Numbered from the whole stretch's first letter, positions 25,720 to 39,140 are shown. The stretch is DNA of 61,629 nucleotides, filler included, from Sphacelaria rigidula (GCA_964200075.2; 7 parts of 7 records of this genome joined end to end with filler, not necessarily neighbours in it), one strand, 5' to 3'. The notes: generated from the sequence alone by a model not told the origin. Translations and numbers: made by a program.

Positions 25720-26140
25720 TCTGTGCGCGGGGGGCGCAGGCATGTAGTCGAGGTTCCTAACGGAACTTGTCATGATGATGGCTGTGATGGTGGTCGGTCA
25801 GCAGTTCGGACTACTGTAACGATATTGGAGAGAAAAAATAGAGACCATGCCCCTCCGGTCTGTCACCAGCTGCCCACCGTCCGCATTGCACATCACGGCA
25901 GCAAGGTAACGCCAAAAGTAGACGACCGCGTTTGTCTACCTTGGTGGTGCTGTCAGCGCAGACGCGAATATTTGAATCGGAATCAAACGCCGCATCAGCG
26001 ACGCGTTAGAACGCCTCCAAAATTACAGTCGCCGACTATACGATCGACCCAACGCCAATTTGTTTTCGAAAACCCGGTTGGTTGCTCGAAGCGGAGGTAG
26101 TGGACACTATGTTGTACAGTTGTGCTACAAGGACACCATG
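25720..26140 (+). mobile_element. RTE-like LINE reverse transcriptase C-terminal relic
   Basis: Degenerate SRFLTELVMMMAV..FGL, FVYLGGAVSADA, IKRRI, LYDRPNA and AEVVDTMLYSCAT motifs with stops and frameshifts. Confidence 0.75.
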
Positions 26141-26186
26141 CCACGGGCAAGATGTTGTTGTGTTGAGTGTCGCCCATATCTACTAC

Positions 26187-26187
<1 letters not shown>

Positions 26188-26239
<52 letters not shown>

Positions 26240-26276
26240 GCAGCAGCCGCAGCAGCAGCAGCAGCAGCAGCAGCAG
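26188..26276 (+). repeat. (CAA)n(CAG)n microsatellite
   Basis: Directly visible. Confidence 0.95.
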
Positions 26277-26360
26277 AGTTTCTACGATGGGGGGGGGGCG
26301 GGAGGGGGAGTAATCCTGATCATGCGTGCCATAGCCATAAGACCATCGACCTCGCATCCC

Positions 26361-26460
26361 NNNNNNNNNNNNNNNNNNNNNNNNNNNNNNNNNNNNNNNN
26401 NNNNTTAATTAATTAANNNNNNNNNNNNNNNNNNNNNNNNNNNNNNNNNNNNNNNNNNNN
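26361..26460. other. artificial contig spacer
   Basis: N44-TTAATTAATTAA-N44. Confidence 0.99.
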
Positions 26461-26530
26461 ATCGGGAATCGAACCCCCGTTCTCTCCACCCTAATGGCGA
26501 CAGTCGAACCACTACACCACCGGGGCACGG
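26461..26530 (-). mobile_element. tRNA-like SINE head (truncated by contig end)
   Basis: Minus strand reads gccccggTGGTGTAGTGGtt...GGTTCGATTCCcgat. Near-identical to 46852-46923. Confidence 0.65.
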
Positions 26531-26919
26531 CACATCCTGTGACTGAGATTGGAGTATTGGCATTTGGCGCCTTATCCTATGTGGCGTAATATGTGGCACA
26601 TTCAGCGTTGTGACATGCCCTGCCTCTGAGGGCCAATGACCTCGCGCTCTCGATAGCATCTCGATATATGAGTAAGTGGTGCCGCGCATGGACTCGATTA
26701 TAGTTTAATACATACAGGTATTGTTGGGATGCATAACAGACGTCCCAAATAGCTTTGGTACGATATGTCATGGTCATGTATCGCGAGTCAATTGGCATAC
26801 GAGTAATCATCTTCGTAACGTTGAATAGCACGGAAACTAGCCTGATACGATCATTAACATTCCGATGCGTACACCTCAGTTGATACCTATATTTTGAGGA
26901 AGCCGTGCATTGTCATAAA

Positions 26920-28330
26920 TCCCCCATCTGGGATACGGATATCCGTTTGGGCTCACACACTCGTCGAGGATGTTGGGAGATCCTTGATGGATATCCATCC
27001 GGAATATCCATCTGGCATCCGAGCTCCATTTAGGACATTCATTTAGGACACGAGCACGCATCTAACAGCCGATCATCGAAATTGAGGACGGAGCTTTTCA
27101 TTGAGGATGAGAACCCGGAGAATTAAAATCTTCGTATCCACACCAAATCTTCGAAATATGGTTCATTTCCTTCACCTTCTGGTAGATATTGACAACTGCT
27201 ACACGCCCTACAAATTTGGATTTCGATAAGTAAAATGCTGGGGTCCTAGATAAAGAAACAAGTGTGGGGGATTCAGGTGATTCAATGATCGCCGAAATTC
27301 CTCGAAATTGTTTTTTCACCGCGGACCCCAACATTCCGGTAATCGAAACCACAATTTGCATGACGTGTAGCGCTTGTCAATAGCTACTATTGGGTGAAGA
27401 AATGGGAGCACATTTCGAAGATGTGGTGTGTATTCGAAGATTTTAATCCTCCGGGTTCTCATCCCCAATGAAAAGCTCCATTCTCAATTTCGCTGATCGG
27501 CTGTTGTCTGCTTCATGTCCAACTAGGATATCCCAGGATCCATCTGGAATATCCGCCTGAGACGTCTATCTGGGATATGGATACCCATCTGGGACCTCTG
27601 TCAGGGACGTCCATGTGAGACATGGACATCCATCTGGGATCTCCATCTAGACCTGGGATATCCAAGATGGATATCCAGTCGAACGTGGACATTTACGTGG
27701 GAAGTCTTGCCCGCCGATACTACTTTCTTCTTCGGCAGCTTCTTACGTATAGCCGAAACCAACCCCTAGAGCCCATATCGTAAGCCTACCCTCACACCGT
27801 GAACAGCTTGTGCGCTGGTGACCATAAGTCTGGGTTGGCGTGCGCTGGAAAAAGCATCGTGAGGAGCGCGTTGGTAGGGCATACATCTGGGCTAGCGTGT
27901 GCTGGTGAAGCATAGTCCAGTGTGCGCTACCAGGGCAAACATCTGAGCGTTGGTGAGGCACAGTGCAGGGTGCACTGGCAGGACATACATCTTGGTTAGC
28001 GCGAGCTGATGAAACATCGTAATGCGTACAACAAGCAAGGTGAATGTTCTGGATAACATCTAAGATGGGCGGGAGCTACCAGATGGGCTTCCCGGGTGGG
28101 TATTGGGTTCCCGAAGAATGCCCCGTTCAGATGGATATCCCACGTGTATGTTCCACGTGGGTATCCTCGAAGAAAGTCCTTATCCCTGACAGATGTCCCA
28201 GATGGGCCTCAGTTCCCATACAGATACATCCCACATGGGTGCCCATACGCCAGATTGGTTTTCGTCTGTGATATCTGAACATACCACACGAATATAAAGG
28301 CCCACATGAATATCCCAGATGGATATTCCT
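26920..28330. repeat. GGATATCCATCTG-motif element with oppositely oriented motif arrays
   Basis: ggatatccatctgg motifs at 26920-27030 and 27525-27700. Reverse-complement cagatggatatcc motifs at 28060-28330. Degenerate internal tandem repeats at 27800-28020. Confidence 0.65.
27064..27505. mobile_element. palindromic MITE (same family as 51562-52003)
   Basis: aacagccgatca...cccggagaattaaaatcttcg is mirrored by cgaagattttaatcctccggg...tgatcggctgtt. Confidence 0.85.
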
Positions 28331-28497
28331 ATTCCGGAGAGAGCTTCCGCGACTGTTTTAACGTGCGTATGAATACCTTATACTCGTCCTAAATACACTG
28401 GCGTACCCTGCAATGACTCCGTCTGTTCGATAGCGGTTGCTGCGTCGCAAGACGGCGACGACAGCACGCTTGACGATTCTGTAATGTCTGGCGGCAG

Positions 28498-31400
28498 GAG
28501 AGATCAGATATTCAACGGTGAAAATACTGTCGCTGACGATGAAGGAAGCGAGGAAAGTCATCAACGCAGCCGCTTAAGGGGCACCTTCGTCCGGTCACAC
28601 CTACTTCCCAACCTGGCTATGGTGAACCAACTCATGTCTAGTAGAAGTGAACTTAGGGCGTCCCACTTCACGGCGAGTGCCTCCCTTGTAAGGTCGGTGA
28701 TACATTTGTCAGCTATTTTTGAAGCGCCATGTAGTGATATCTATGAAGTGGCAATATCCGCAGTAAGGTCGGTGAATTGTTTGTAAACGGCTTTCAACGC
28801 GCCGTACAGCGATTCGGAGGCCTATTATTATCGACACTGTTTCTTCGGCGATCTCCGAAATTGTCGGGACTGGCAAGGTACCTGATGAGTCTCGAATGCT
28901 TGCGAGTGCCACAGCGTATTGACAGAGCAGCTTCCCGAGGTGCTGCGTTGCACTCTGACTTTTTCGGACTCGTTCAAAAATGAAGCTTCAGAGAAAAAAT
29001 CACGCCACTTCATACTCGGAGAAGGCTGAACGTAGAGTCCGAAAACTCTGAAAATTCTGAGAGCTCTAAACAATGTCAATAGTAATGGACCTTAGGCATT
29101 AGCAATATCCACAACAAGGTCGGTGACCCCCTGAGGCAGGGGGAATGCTTGCAAACTATACAGCGGTATCAGGGTCCCTCGACAATGTTCAAGTAAACGT
29201 AGACAATGAATCATTTTCGCTGTTTGCTATTCGTGATGAGTGTTTGTCCGAGATAGGCACATGCAGTCGACAAGAAAAAGTGAAATGTCCCGGGTTCGTC
29301 GCAATAACCCTCGATCGTTGTTCCGCAGAGTACCGCGTTAGCCGTCGACACTACTTTAGTGGCATCCTCTACAGTACTTGTTGTATTGAAAACTTTTCGT
29401 TTTGTGACATTCAGTACAAGCTATGCATTGTCTTGTGTACACCTTGCTGTTGGTGTCTGATGCACTTTGACAAGCTTCGATCGTGATGGGCTTGACGATT
29501 TCACCGAATGGAGGTGTATATCTTGTGGACGGCCCTGAAAGGTAGGTACGCTACTTTACTAAACGATTCTGATTCCATAAAAACAACGTGATACTGTGTC
29601 TAGGCATACAATTTACTGTGCAAGAGCTCTCAGTCCTACAAGCCCTTCTTCCGTGAGAGGGTACCTGAGGCTGTGGCCGGCCTGCTAGAGGAAATGCGTG
29701 CTACGGACAACCCGGCTCATTACCATCCGGAGGTATGCGCATCAAGCATTACTGTGAATGTAAGTATAACACCTTTACATGTAACCTGCACATTCATGAC
29801 CGCAGCGGCGATGCATTAACCCCTTTGGAACTCACAATGGAAAATTCATCATTTGCAGTTGAAGATTTTTGAGCAAGATATGGTTGATGGTTCACAGATC
29901 AGACGCACTAATGATACCCGAGCGAGTGACAAGTGGAACAAAAGAAGGTTTCCTACATACCGATGTGCCATACCAGACCGGGGAACCCATTGCTGTTTTT
30001 CTAATGGAATGTTTCATGGAGTTTTTGCTAATTATTGTCGATGAATAAATACAATTGGACATCCATTGCGTGATATGATTGGACAAACCTCACCCGACAT
30101 CTTCAGGGAGGACATTTTTCCTGCACCCGCCACGTGTGCTACTGGATTCTTCTTCGATCTTCCATTACAAAAATGATTGCCGTCGGCTTTTTCTGTTTCC
30201 ATATTTTCCTTCATGTCAGAGCTTCTCGTAATTTGGCGTTTGGTCCGGGGACAGGGGGGGGGGGGTCCAAAAAGGTCAAGGGGGGAATTATATGTCATTT
30301 TGGAATAGTGGTTCCAACCTCATTGGACAAGTTTCGACATTCAATCGCTCCAAAACAACAAAATCACTCCTCTATGCTGCAAAATCAGGGGTCGTAGTTG
30401 GATTCAGCAGCATATCTGGTTGGTCATGTTCCGCAGAACACATCGCACGGGTGTAGCCGTGTATTGCCAACTGTTGACGATGAAAACAGCGCTATGCAGT
30501 TGACGTTTGAAAAACACAGAGCCACGCCCGTTGTGAGGCACGATGCGAGGAAGGGGTATGAAGTAATATGCACCACAACATCATGTTTCCGCAGTCGATC
30601 TAGCGGGATGGGACAATTCGATGACTAGACAAATGTTCGGTCACCAAGTCTATTCGATCGATGACCCCCTCCATAGTCTTGTTCGCCAGTACATTGTCCC
30701 TCGATGAGACGAGAGCCCGCATTGCGTCCATAATCGCGATTGATAAACACGCCTATGGATTTCTCTGCAGCCAAAGTTCCCAGCTTCGTATGAACTGAAA
30801 ATAATCACGTACGTAGAACAAGAGGGAGGATGAGAAAATCCATCAGCATGAGCTAAAGTCGTGTGTTTCTTGCTGAGATGCGGTTTTCCCGGGTGGAGAT
30901 ATCCATAATTGCTCCGCTGTGCAGTGTCCGTGCAATACAACCAACGGTATTCAGCTTCGTCGGTCGTCATTCGAAATACGAACGACACAGGTGGAATTGA
31001 TGTGCGTAGCGATTCTGGGGTCGCTGATAGAGGATGACGCGTCTGTAAACAAGTTCATCGACCGGCGCATCACTCCGGTCATTGTCCAGGTAACAATAGT
31101 GGAAGGAAAACGACGCAGCAGATACCTCGGATATTTGTAGTAGGGTGACACAAACTATCAGCAGTCACCTTATGCGTGAGATTTACAACCACATGAACGT
31201 AACTGCATGTGTTGCCTATCCGGTTCAAGAGGGTAGACGCCTCGGTCGAAACTATGAGACGTAGGGTAATTTGATCTGCTATGCGTTGTGCGGGCGACAA
31301 GGTTTAAGTCTTTCACAGCGCAGCATTGCAGCATTGTGATACGCTTTCACTTCAACCATGGAGTGCTGATCAATGATTAAACTCAACTGCCACAAAGCGA

Positions 31401-34400
31401 CGCACCACAGGTGCTTGCATCTGATTGCTTGCGGTGCAATACAGTCTCAGAACCTTCCGACGGCTGAGTTTGAACTTCATTTCTCGTATCATCACGTGCA
31501 TACGTACATGCACTCAGTTTTAGGTTATCGTTCTCTACATACCCTCTGATAGTTCCCTACATACACTCTGATACTCGGCATCTGGACGCTGAGAATGTGA
31601 GTTCGATTGTGCTACTACCGTCAACGTGACACCTGCCGTGGCACGCGTTTCAACCTAGCTTTTTCGAGGAGTGCGGCGCTTGTGACGTTGAAAGTGTCAT
31701 CAGTGTCTCCCACATGGAGAAAGTCACAAGCGCTGTGATGGATCATCCCCGCGAGGTCTCGAACCCTTAAGGTAGGCACTCGTGGTGTTCTCGGACTAGA
31801 GCGGAGGGCACGATCATAGAGCGCTGATCGAAGGTACACGCGATGGGTAAAATAAGTATACTGTAGTTTTCTGATCGCAACTACCGGCAAGTAGTCGCTA
31901 AGATTCAGCAGATTCAGCAGCGGTGACCCGAAAACACGAGCTGATCTCAAACCTTTGCCGCAACTTAATTCATCAGCGGTCGCTCCTCCCGCGGTACCCA
32001 TTCCTATGAGTGTCTTGTAGGGCTTGGGCTCCAGAGTGATTCAGGTGCGCCTGGCATCGCTGTGGGCCCTCCTTCTCCTGAGCGTGCCCATCGCCAGCCG
32101 AGCATCTTCTTCATCGAGTCAGGCGGCACGGCCTTGGATGCTGTTCTGCCGACAAGCGGTGATCGAGTGCAAAGCTGTCACCGCTTTATGGACTCTGTGG
32201 GACGACCCTGATATTGACCTGTCGACAGAGGTACAGAGGTGGATTCACCAACCCCCAAAGGAATGGCAAACATTGCAACGTTTACGCCCAGTCTGATGAT
32301 CAGCTTTAGGTGCAACTTGTAAATATTAGATCTCGAAGAAAATGAGGTCAGGTCAAGGACTCAGAGTTGTGCTACTGCAAAATTATCACACCTCTTCTCT
32401 CATAGTGTATAAATTACTGTGCAAGTTAGAAGTCCGTACGAGTGAGAAGGCAGCAAACAACAATAGCCCCTGTAATACACCGGCCCTGTGGTGTTGAAGA
32501 GGACACCGGTGGTCCCTACAACGGCAGTATTAATAGGAGGTTGCCTCACGTCGTGCGTGGGGGTGCTTGCTGAATGGAGGCCGCGCGCAGAATCTTTCCT
32601 GACGCCCTCATTTGAGATATGCGCATGCGCGCTAGATTCACCTCTACTGGTAGTTTAGTGCAAATTCAACCGCGCGCAAGTTGCACTAATTTTTAACTTG
32701 CACACAAACGAATGACTGCCGGAACTGGAGTCAGATGGCAATTCACCTACACCCCTACACCGTGCTGCCTGTTCAATTTTGCAGAGTAGATGTCCTCACT
32801 AACATTCATTTCTAACGCGTTTTGACTACTGGCGTAATCGGGTTCCGACAATCGAGTCTGTGTCCGAAGCTGAGTAGTCGTGATAGCCTGGCCGGAAGCA
32901 GAACGTACCTACCGAATGTTACATGCTATGGCTTTGTTTCAAGTCGTTTTCAAGTATGACCGACACGATGTCCTTACCCCCAGTTGCCCGCTAATTCATT
33001 ACGCACGATACAGCGGCGATTCGAAGGGCTACGCGGCCACAAATTTTGTTTGCAACGCTTCTTTGCGTCGAAGGCGACCACCACCCTTTTAGCAAGCGAG
33101 ATCCGACACTGTCCGCGACGAAACCCGATAGCAAAGCATAGCAAAGCACTAGAGGTTGCAAATGCATCAACACAGTTTCGGTAATCGACTGATATGACGC
33201 GGCATGATGACGTACCCCTCCGTTTCCCCGCCCTTACAAGTCAATTACGCATGATGGGGGGTGGAGGACCATAGATGGCAAGCTCCAAAATACGAAGTGT
33301 AGTACAAAGTGAAGAGGCTAGTGTGGTTGGAAAGTACAACAATCCCTCTACTGTGACACCGAGACAATTAGGGGGGGGGGGGGGGGGCGGCTTGAGCCTG
33401 AGAGACTTTAAAACCAACAAAAAATAAAGGACCAGTGGGGGGGTAGTGGGGGGGACAGACAACACCACGCGCGCCGGTGGAGCGGCCGGGGAGGGGGGGG
33501 GGGGGGGGGGGGGGGGCAGCTTGAGCCTGAGAGACGTTCATACCAACTGAACATTAAGGACCGGAGTCTCACCCGCAAGTATACCTACAGTATATGCAAC
33601 ATGTTGAAGGATCACTCTGTGATATGGCATTGAGCTATGAGTGATACTGAACAGAATACTTCGAGCAAACACTCGTGGGCTCCCAGCAGGGAACACGATA
33701 GGGTATACTATTCTCTGCGGTGTGCTATGTCTATTCCAAAATCCTCTTACCCGATGATCATCGTGCTTTGTACGGTGCAAAACCATGGTGTGCTACACGT
33801 ACGCGTTTCCAGCCTATCGTTTAGATTGCTCCTTTTTCCAGTAGGATAAAATATGGCAAAACATGGTACTATACTGCAACCATAACAGCGCAATGCACGC
33901 TGTATATTTCAGAGTAAAATTCATTGAAACGTGTTCCAATATGAGCCTAACGTGTGCTGTGTTGTGCACAACACCAGCACACTGTACAATATTGCACACT
34001 GTCGCACACACACGACACTCACCATACAATTCATGAACAACAATTTTTGTTCATCGACAACATCGGTTAGAAAATTTTCGCAGGATAACTAGGAAGTCTG
34101 TCTCCATAGTTTCAGACAAATATAAGTTTTCGTTCCTCAAGTATGCAGTGAACATCTATCGAGCTTATCATCGATATCATTGAGTTGGCTAGATTTTCGC
34201 AAAATAGCGCACATCGACGAAGACTACGCCTTTTGAAACACCTCCAGGATTAACAAAAAGCACAAAATATCGTAGAAAGACTACGCACTGCGACGCACTG
34301 AGTGTAGCGACACATCAACCGCTGGACGTTCGAAGGCGCTGATCATTGCGACATGGCAAAACGTAAGACACACACCCACACAACAAGAGACATTGACGTG

Positions 34401-34514
34401 CTGCACATCGAGCAGGTTCGGGAACACGTTCGCTACGCGATGTCTAAGCTCGTGGCGCATTTTTTCATGGATCAGGCAGCCGTAGCAGCTGTGGTGCGGC
34501 AGCGAGGAGTCGAG
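28498..34514 (+). CDS. ARM/HEAT-repeat-like protein, internal exons
   Basis: Phase-0 GT-AG exons 29604-29732, 30991-31089 (VELMCVAILGSLIEDDASVNKF), 32021-32230 (QVRLASLWALLLL...AVTALWTLW) and 34416-34514 (VREHVRYAMSKL). Probable upstream exon from 28498 with an uncertain donor. Confidence 0.6.
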
Positions 34515-35178
34515 GTTGGTGACACGGCAATATCGAGGGTTGTTTTGTGGTGGTGACAGTTCGGCGATATTTTGCCGTACTCCGTCTCAACTTGCCCGTT
34601 CTAGGTAGGGAGTAGCAAGAAGCGATGGCGCCAAGCAAAACCCTACGAACTCGACTCATAGAAGCGAGCTTTCTCCAACCAACGACGACCATAACAGACC
34701 GTATCTTATGTTCCTAACTGGTCTGATCATTTCCGATCATCAACACATCAACGGTCGACTCTTCCTGCTACCGTTTGTCACCACCCAACGGATCCAGTTG
34801 TCTCTTGCTACAGTACGAACATACTAGCAGACTAACACATGGACTGTGTACGGCGTTTTCACTTCGTAGTTGCTGGCAGAAACGATGGAGCCCCCCCAGA
34901 GACACACGATGTACGGGGCATTTGCGGAAGAAGGTTCGGATGACGACGGGAACTGTGCAATATCTCAGGTTTCTACGCTATGCTCTGCTGTGCCAACTGT
35001 GTATCTTCCTGGTATACCGGCACAGTCGGTATACAAGGTGTGTCCGATGTACTGTATAGCATCCACCATTTGGCACAGTAGCAAGTATTCACGGTTGGGA
35101 CAAATCATCACGACTCAAAATCACCAAATTCATGATTTCTTCGACCTGATTGCCAAAAAAAAAAAAAAACGTTGATCG

Positions 35179-35278
35179 NNNNNNNNNNNNNNNNNNNNNN
35201 NNNNNNNNNNNNNNNNNNNNNNTTAATTAATTAANNNNNNNNNNNNNNNNNNNNNNNNNNNNNNNNNNNNNNNNNNNN
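35179..35278. other. artificial contig spacer
   Basis: N44-TTAATTAATTAA-N44. Confidence 0.99.
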
Positions 35279-36244
35279 AGAGAGAAGATAATAAAGGACA
35301 AGAACCAGGAAAAGACAGATGACACGAGGAGAGTAGTAGCATACACCACGCTAACTCTGCAGTATATTGCACCGCACGTATATACACACGATATGGTACT
35401 GTTCTGCACGATATTGTGTAGTCCAGTACAGCATCAAACCATGCTTATTGTTGTGATGGTCATATCGTCATCAACGTAGAGAATAAACCGCGATCATCAT
35501 TTTTTGTGTATTCACCCGAAAAAATGCTTCACTTTGGTCTTCGAATGGTGAACACAGGACTACGGGGTTTTCAAAACCTCTATGTCTACATATACAAGGT
35601 TCGATCCGGTGTCGTAGCATATCCACAAGCTAATGCTACATAGCGTGCCTGTGTGTACATATACTCACAATCAGTGTATGGGATATGAAACCAGCCAAGG
35701 CGCTGAAGACTTCGATCCGCTTGCCTAGTTGAAACATTTAGTGGGGGGCAAGAGGATGAGTTTTGAACGACTTGTGCTGTCTCTCGGTTCTCATCCACTG
35801 ATACGGTGCAGTATGTGGGACTTGAACAGCAGAAACTGCTCGCAAATAAGTCCTTTTCTGCCCGATTTCAGGTATTGGCGGGCAAAATGAGGATTTGTTT
35901 TGAACAGTTTCTGGTGTTCAAATTCTATGTGCGAGAGTATATGGGATTTTCACAGGCTCTGCTGTTCGAAATAAATCATTTTTGCCTGATTCCAATAACT
36001 TCGAATCATGATTTCTTTCGAACAGCAGAGGCTATGAAAATTCCAGATTTCCATAGCACTTGTGCCTCCGAAAAACAACCCAGGGAATTTTAATATCGAC
36101 ACAGACCTTCGAGGGCTCCGACATTGAAATCCTCTAGAGGATTACGAATACCCAAGATCCTCTAGGGGGAATTTCAAAACGGACGGAGCCGAGGATGGCG
36201 TTTGAAAATTCCTCTACGAGGTAGCCGAATGGCCGCGTGTGGAG

Positions 36245-37930
36245 TGTTAATGAGGACATCGCTTTTTGCAGGCACCGCAGTGTGACATTGGAGGGATGCT
36301 GCATAAAGTCCTGATACGTATTTTGTTCGTGCGGCAGAAATTTAGCCCCTCGGCACGCATTGTGATGAGTAAACTTGATTTCAGGGAGGCGTTTCGCCGG
36401 GTGCTGGTAGACCCAGCCCGCGTCGCTTATTTTGGATATGTGTTTGGTGATGTGGCGGTAGTTAATCTATGTCTGGAGTTCGGCCGGCGCAGCAGTCCCT
36501 GATTCTGGGGCCCGCTTGTGGCGGCTTTGGAACATATCGTTTTTCACACACGCGGTGACGGATATCGGTCGTCGCGATGTTCAGTCTACGAGATGGCACC
36601 ACGCCGGCAGGAACGCGTTGCAACTCTACCCGCGGACTGTGAGACCATTCCGGGAGGTCGTGGCGTGGTGGGCGTCCCTTTTTGTATATGCATTTACGTT
36701 GGTGACAATGTATTGGTGGAAGTACGATATTATCCTGACGGCAGGCGATATCTGTGTACGTTAAGGTCCTTAACATCGGATCCTTATCGTTTACTGGGGG
36801 AGCGAGGGCCGGGTGACCCACCGTTGTTAGATGCCAAACAAATGTCAGCCTGACAAACCCGATTGGAAGTGCTGGGATGGGTGATTGATACCGATTCCCT
36901 CTCTATTTCGCCTCCTTTAGAGCCGAAAATCGAGAAACTAAAATCGCTGGTGTGACAATGGCTCGGGATCGCAAATGTGCAACAGAGGGAGAGAGATCTC
37001 GTCGGTGAATGGTTCCTGCTACACGTCTCCTTTGTTTCACGCCCGGGAACGTTTTTTGTGCACCGCATGCTCGGATCGGCAGGGGTGCGCCGTCCCTCCT
37101 CGTCCCGTTTTGTGACAGGCTTTGACTTTCAAAAGAGGGCGGCGACGAAGTCGCGAGTGGTGGTTCTAAACCCGGAGTTTCACTATGATTTAGACGTGCG
37201 GCGTTGGCTGGTCGGCGGCGGATTGTCGCGGTGTGGAGCACGATTACCGTCCCCAGTGTACCGATTGGTGTTGCGCCCATCCACGCTGTCCTTGTTTTCG
37301 GACGAATCGGGTGTCGGTGGATATTTTCTGCAGTCGGGCCTGTGGTGGCCGTATGACTTGTCTGATCAGTAACCATCCCAGTTTGCAGGTGCTGCGGTGC
37401 ACTCGGAGGATAGTATTTCGATCAATGTCCTGGAACTGCTATGTATGGTAATGTCGGCGTGGGTGATACTCATTCTCGGTGGGAGACGACCGCACCAGCG
37501 ACCTCGTTGTGTGCTGTCTCGTGGAGACAACTCATCCGCCGTGACTTGGGTAAGTAAGTGCAGACGGGGTAAGGAGACACGTTCGGGCGCTCTGATGCGC
37601 ATGCTTGGTGTCTTGGATATTGCTTCGGTATGGGTGTTCGAGGCGAAGCATGTGCCGGGGATTTTGAATGAGGTTGCTGATGGTACTTCGCGATGGATAA
37701 TCAATTGTATCTCCGCCAACGTCTCGCCCTGCCATCTCGATGTTCGATGGCATATTCAGGACATCGGGACAGAGGGGGGGCATCTATGTATACGCATTTC
37801 AGCCGCGGGCTCGTCCGAAATGTCATTACGCCGTCGTCTGCGATAACTTTCTAGGAACATTTTGGGTCCTGGGTTCAGTTTCGGCGGGAGATGGACCGAG
37901 TCGTGTTTCGAGTAACAATGGTGAAGCTAC
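36245..37930 (+). mobile_element. degenerate DIRS/Ngaro-type (tyrosine-recombinase retrotransposon) RT-RNaseH relic
   Basis: SKLDFREAFRRV, LEFGRRSSP*FW, YVGDN (degenerate YxDD), LEVLGWVIDT, LFSDES, INVLELL, GDNSSAVTW and HVPGILNEVADGTSR. Stops and frameshifts present; recombinase ORF not seen. Confidence 0.85.
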
Positions 37931-38460
37931 ACAACGCAAGTAGTGGTGGCAGCACGCGTTTTTTCATATATATATATATATATATGTATCCATGAGAAGT
38001 ATCCTACCGTTCTTTTGTCACGGATAGATCCAGGAATTGTCCCAGGTCCTAAGGCAGCATCACGACTTCCTCAGCTTGCTAGGAGTAGACATGTGTCATG
38101 TTCCAGTTTTGAGCAAACAGGGGTTCACAGCCCTCTGGGATCACTTCCTCGTCGAGACTTCCATTCGAGTCTAGGCCTAGCATCAGCAATTAATTCACCA
38201 CACAACTCTGTAATCCTAGGATTTATTTCATACTGCTTCCACTGCCTCATCACTGAGCATCAGCTGACCACAGTTCTAGTGAGCTCTAGGGTCAATGATC
38301 TGATACCGAGAAGGCACTCCCATCCAAGTGCCTCTTAATAGTTTGGGACTCATGAGAAAGGCATCTAGAGGCAGTGAGGTGTACATCCAGACAGCTGCTA
38401 TCGAGAAGCGTTGCTAATACTCTTGGTATGCACCAGCCCTTCTTGAGATCTGTTTCACTA

Positions 38461-39140
38461 TAACTCACCCGCCCGAAATTTGCATCCCTAAGTTATGTTC
38501 CATAATTCACCTGGCCAAAACATGCTCAGATGAGTGACTTTATGTAAGACCAATTTGTATGGCAACCAATCCGTATTTGTACAAATATGAGGATTTCAGC
38601 TCGTGTAAATCCGATTTTCTCCTGTGATTTGATGTTTTGGACCCCAGTCCGTTGGGCAATGTTTTCCGCCCAGCTCTGAGGAAACCAGATCAATTCTCCG
38701 ATTCTCTGGACGCTGACTTTTTAATTATCACTTTTCTGCTCAGATCGGGAGACTCCCGCATCTCCACCGATTTAGGCCCTACATTCGGGGGAGATGCAGG
38801 AGTCTCCCCATCTGAGCAGAAGAGGGATAAATAAAAAGTCAGCGTCCAGAGGATCGGAGAATCGATCGGGTTCCTCAGAGCTAGGCGAAAACATTGCCCA
38901 ATGGGCTGGGGTCGGAAAATCCATCCACGGGAAAAAATCGCATTACACGGCCTAAAGTCCATATTTGTACAAATATGGATTGGTTGCCATATGAATTGGT
39001 CTAACTCAACCTCCTAGAAATTGCACCGCTGAGGTATCTTCTATTACTAACCGGATCGAAATATGCACCTCTGAGCTATGTTCTATTACCCACCCTACCA
39101 GGATGTGCACCGCTGATAAACCTCATAACTCACCCAGGGA
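38461..39140. repeat. degenerate 42-bp tandem repeat (~5-6 units) interrupted by a MITE
   Basis: Units start taactcacc/taattcacc/ttactaacc/ttacccacc with tgcacc-like cores on both sides of the 38548-39001 insertion. Confidence 0.6.
38548..39001. mobile_element. palindromic MITE with TAA target-site duplication (PIF/Harbinger-Tourist-like)
   Basis: gaccaatttgtatggcaaccaatcc...ggattggttgccatatgaattggtc, with arms ~220 bp, flanked by TAA (38545-47) and TAA (39002-04). Confidence 0.85.

Noticed and set aside
26082-26408. polyglutamine protein
   Set aside because: A microsatellite following a dead LINE fragment and running into a repeat and the spacer.
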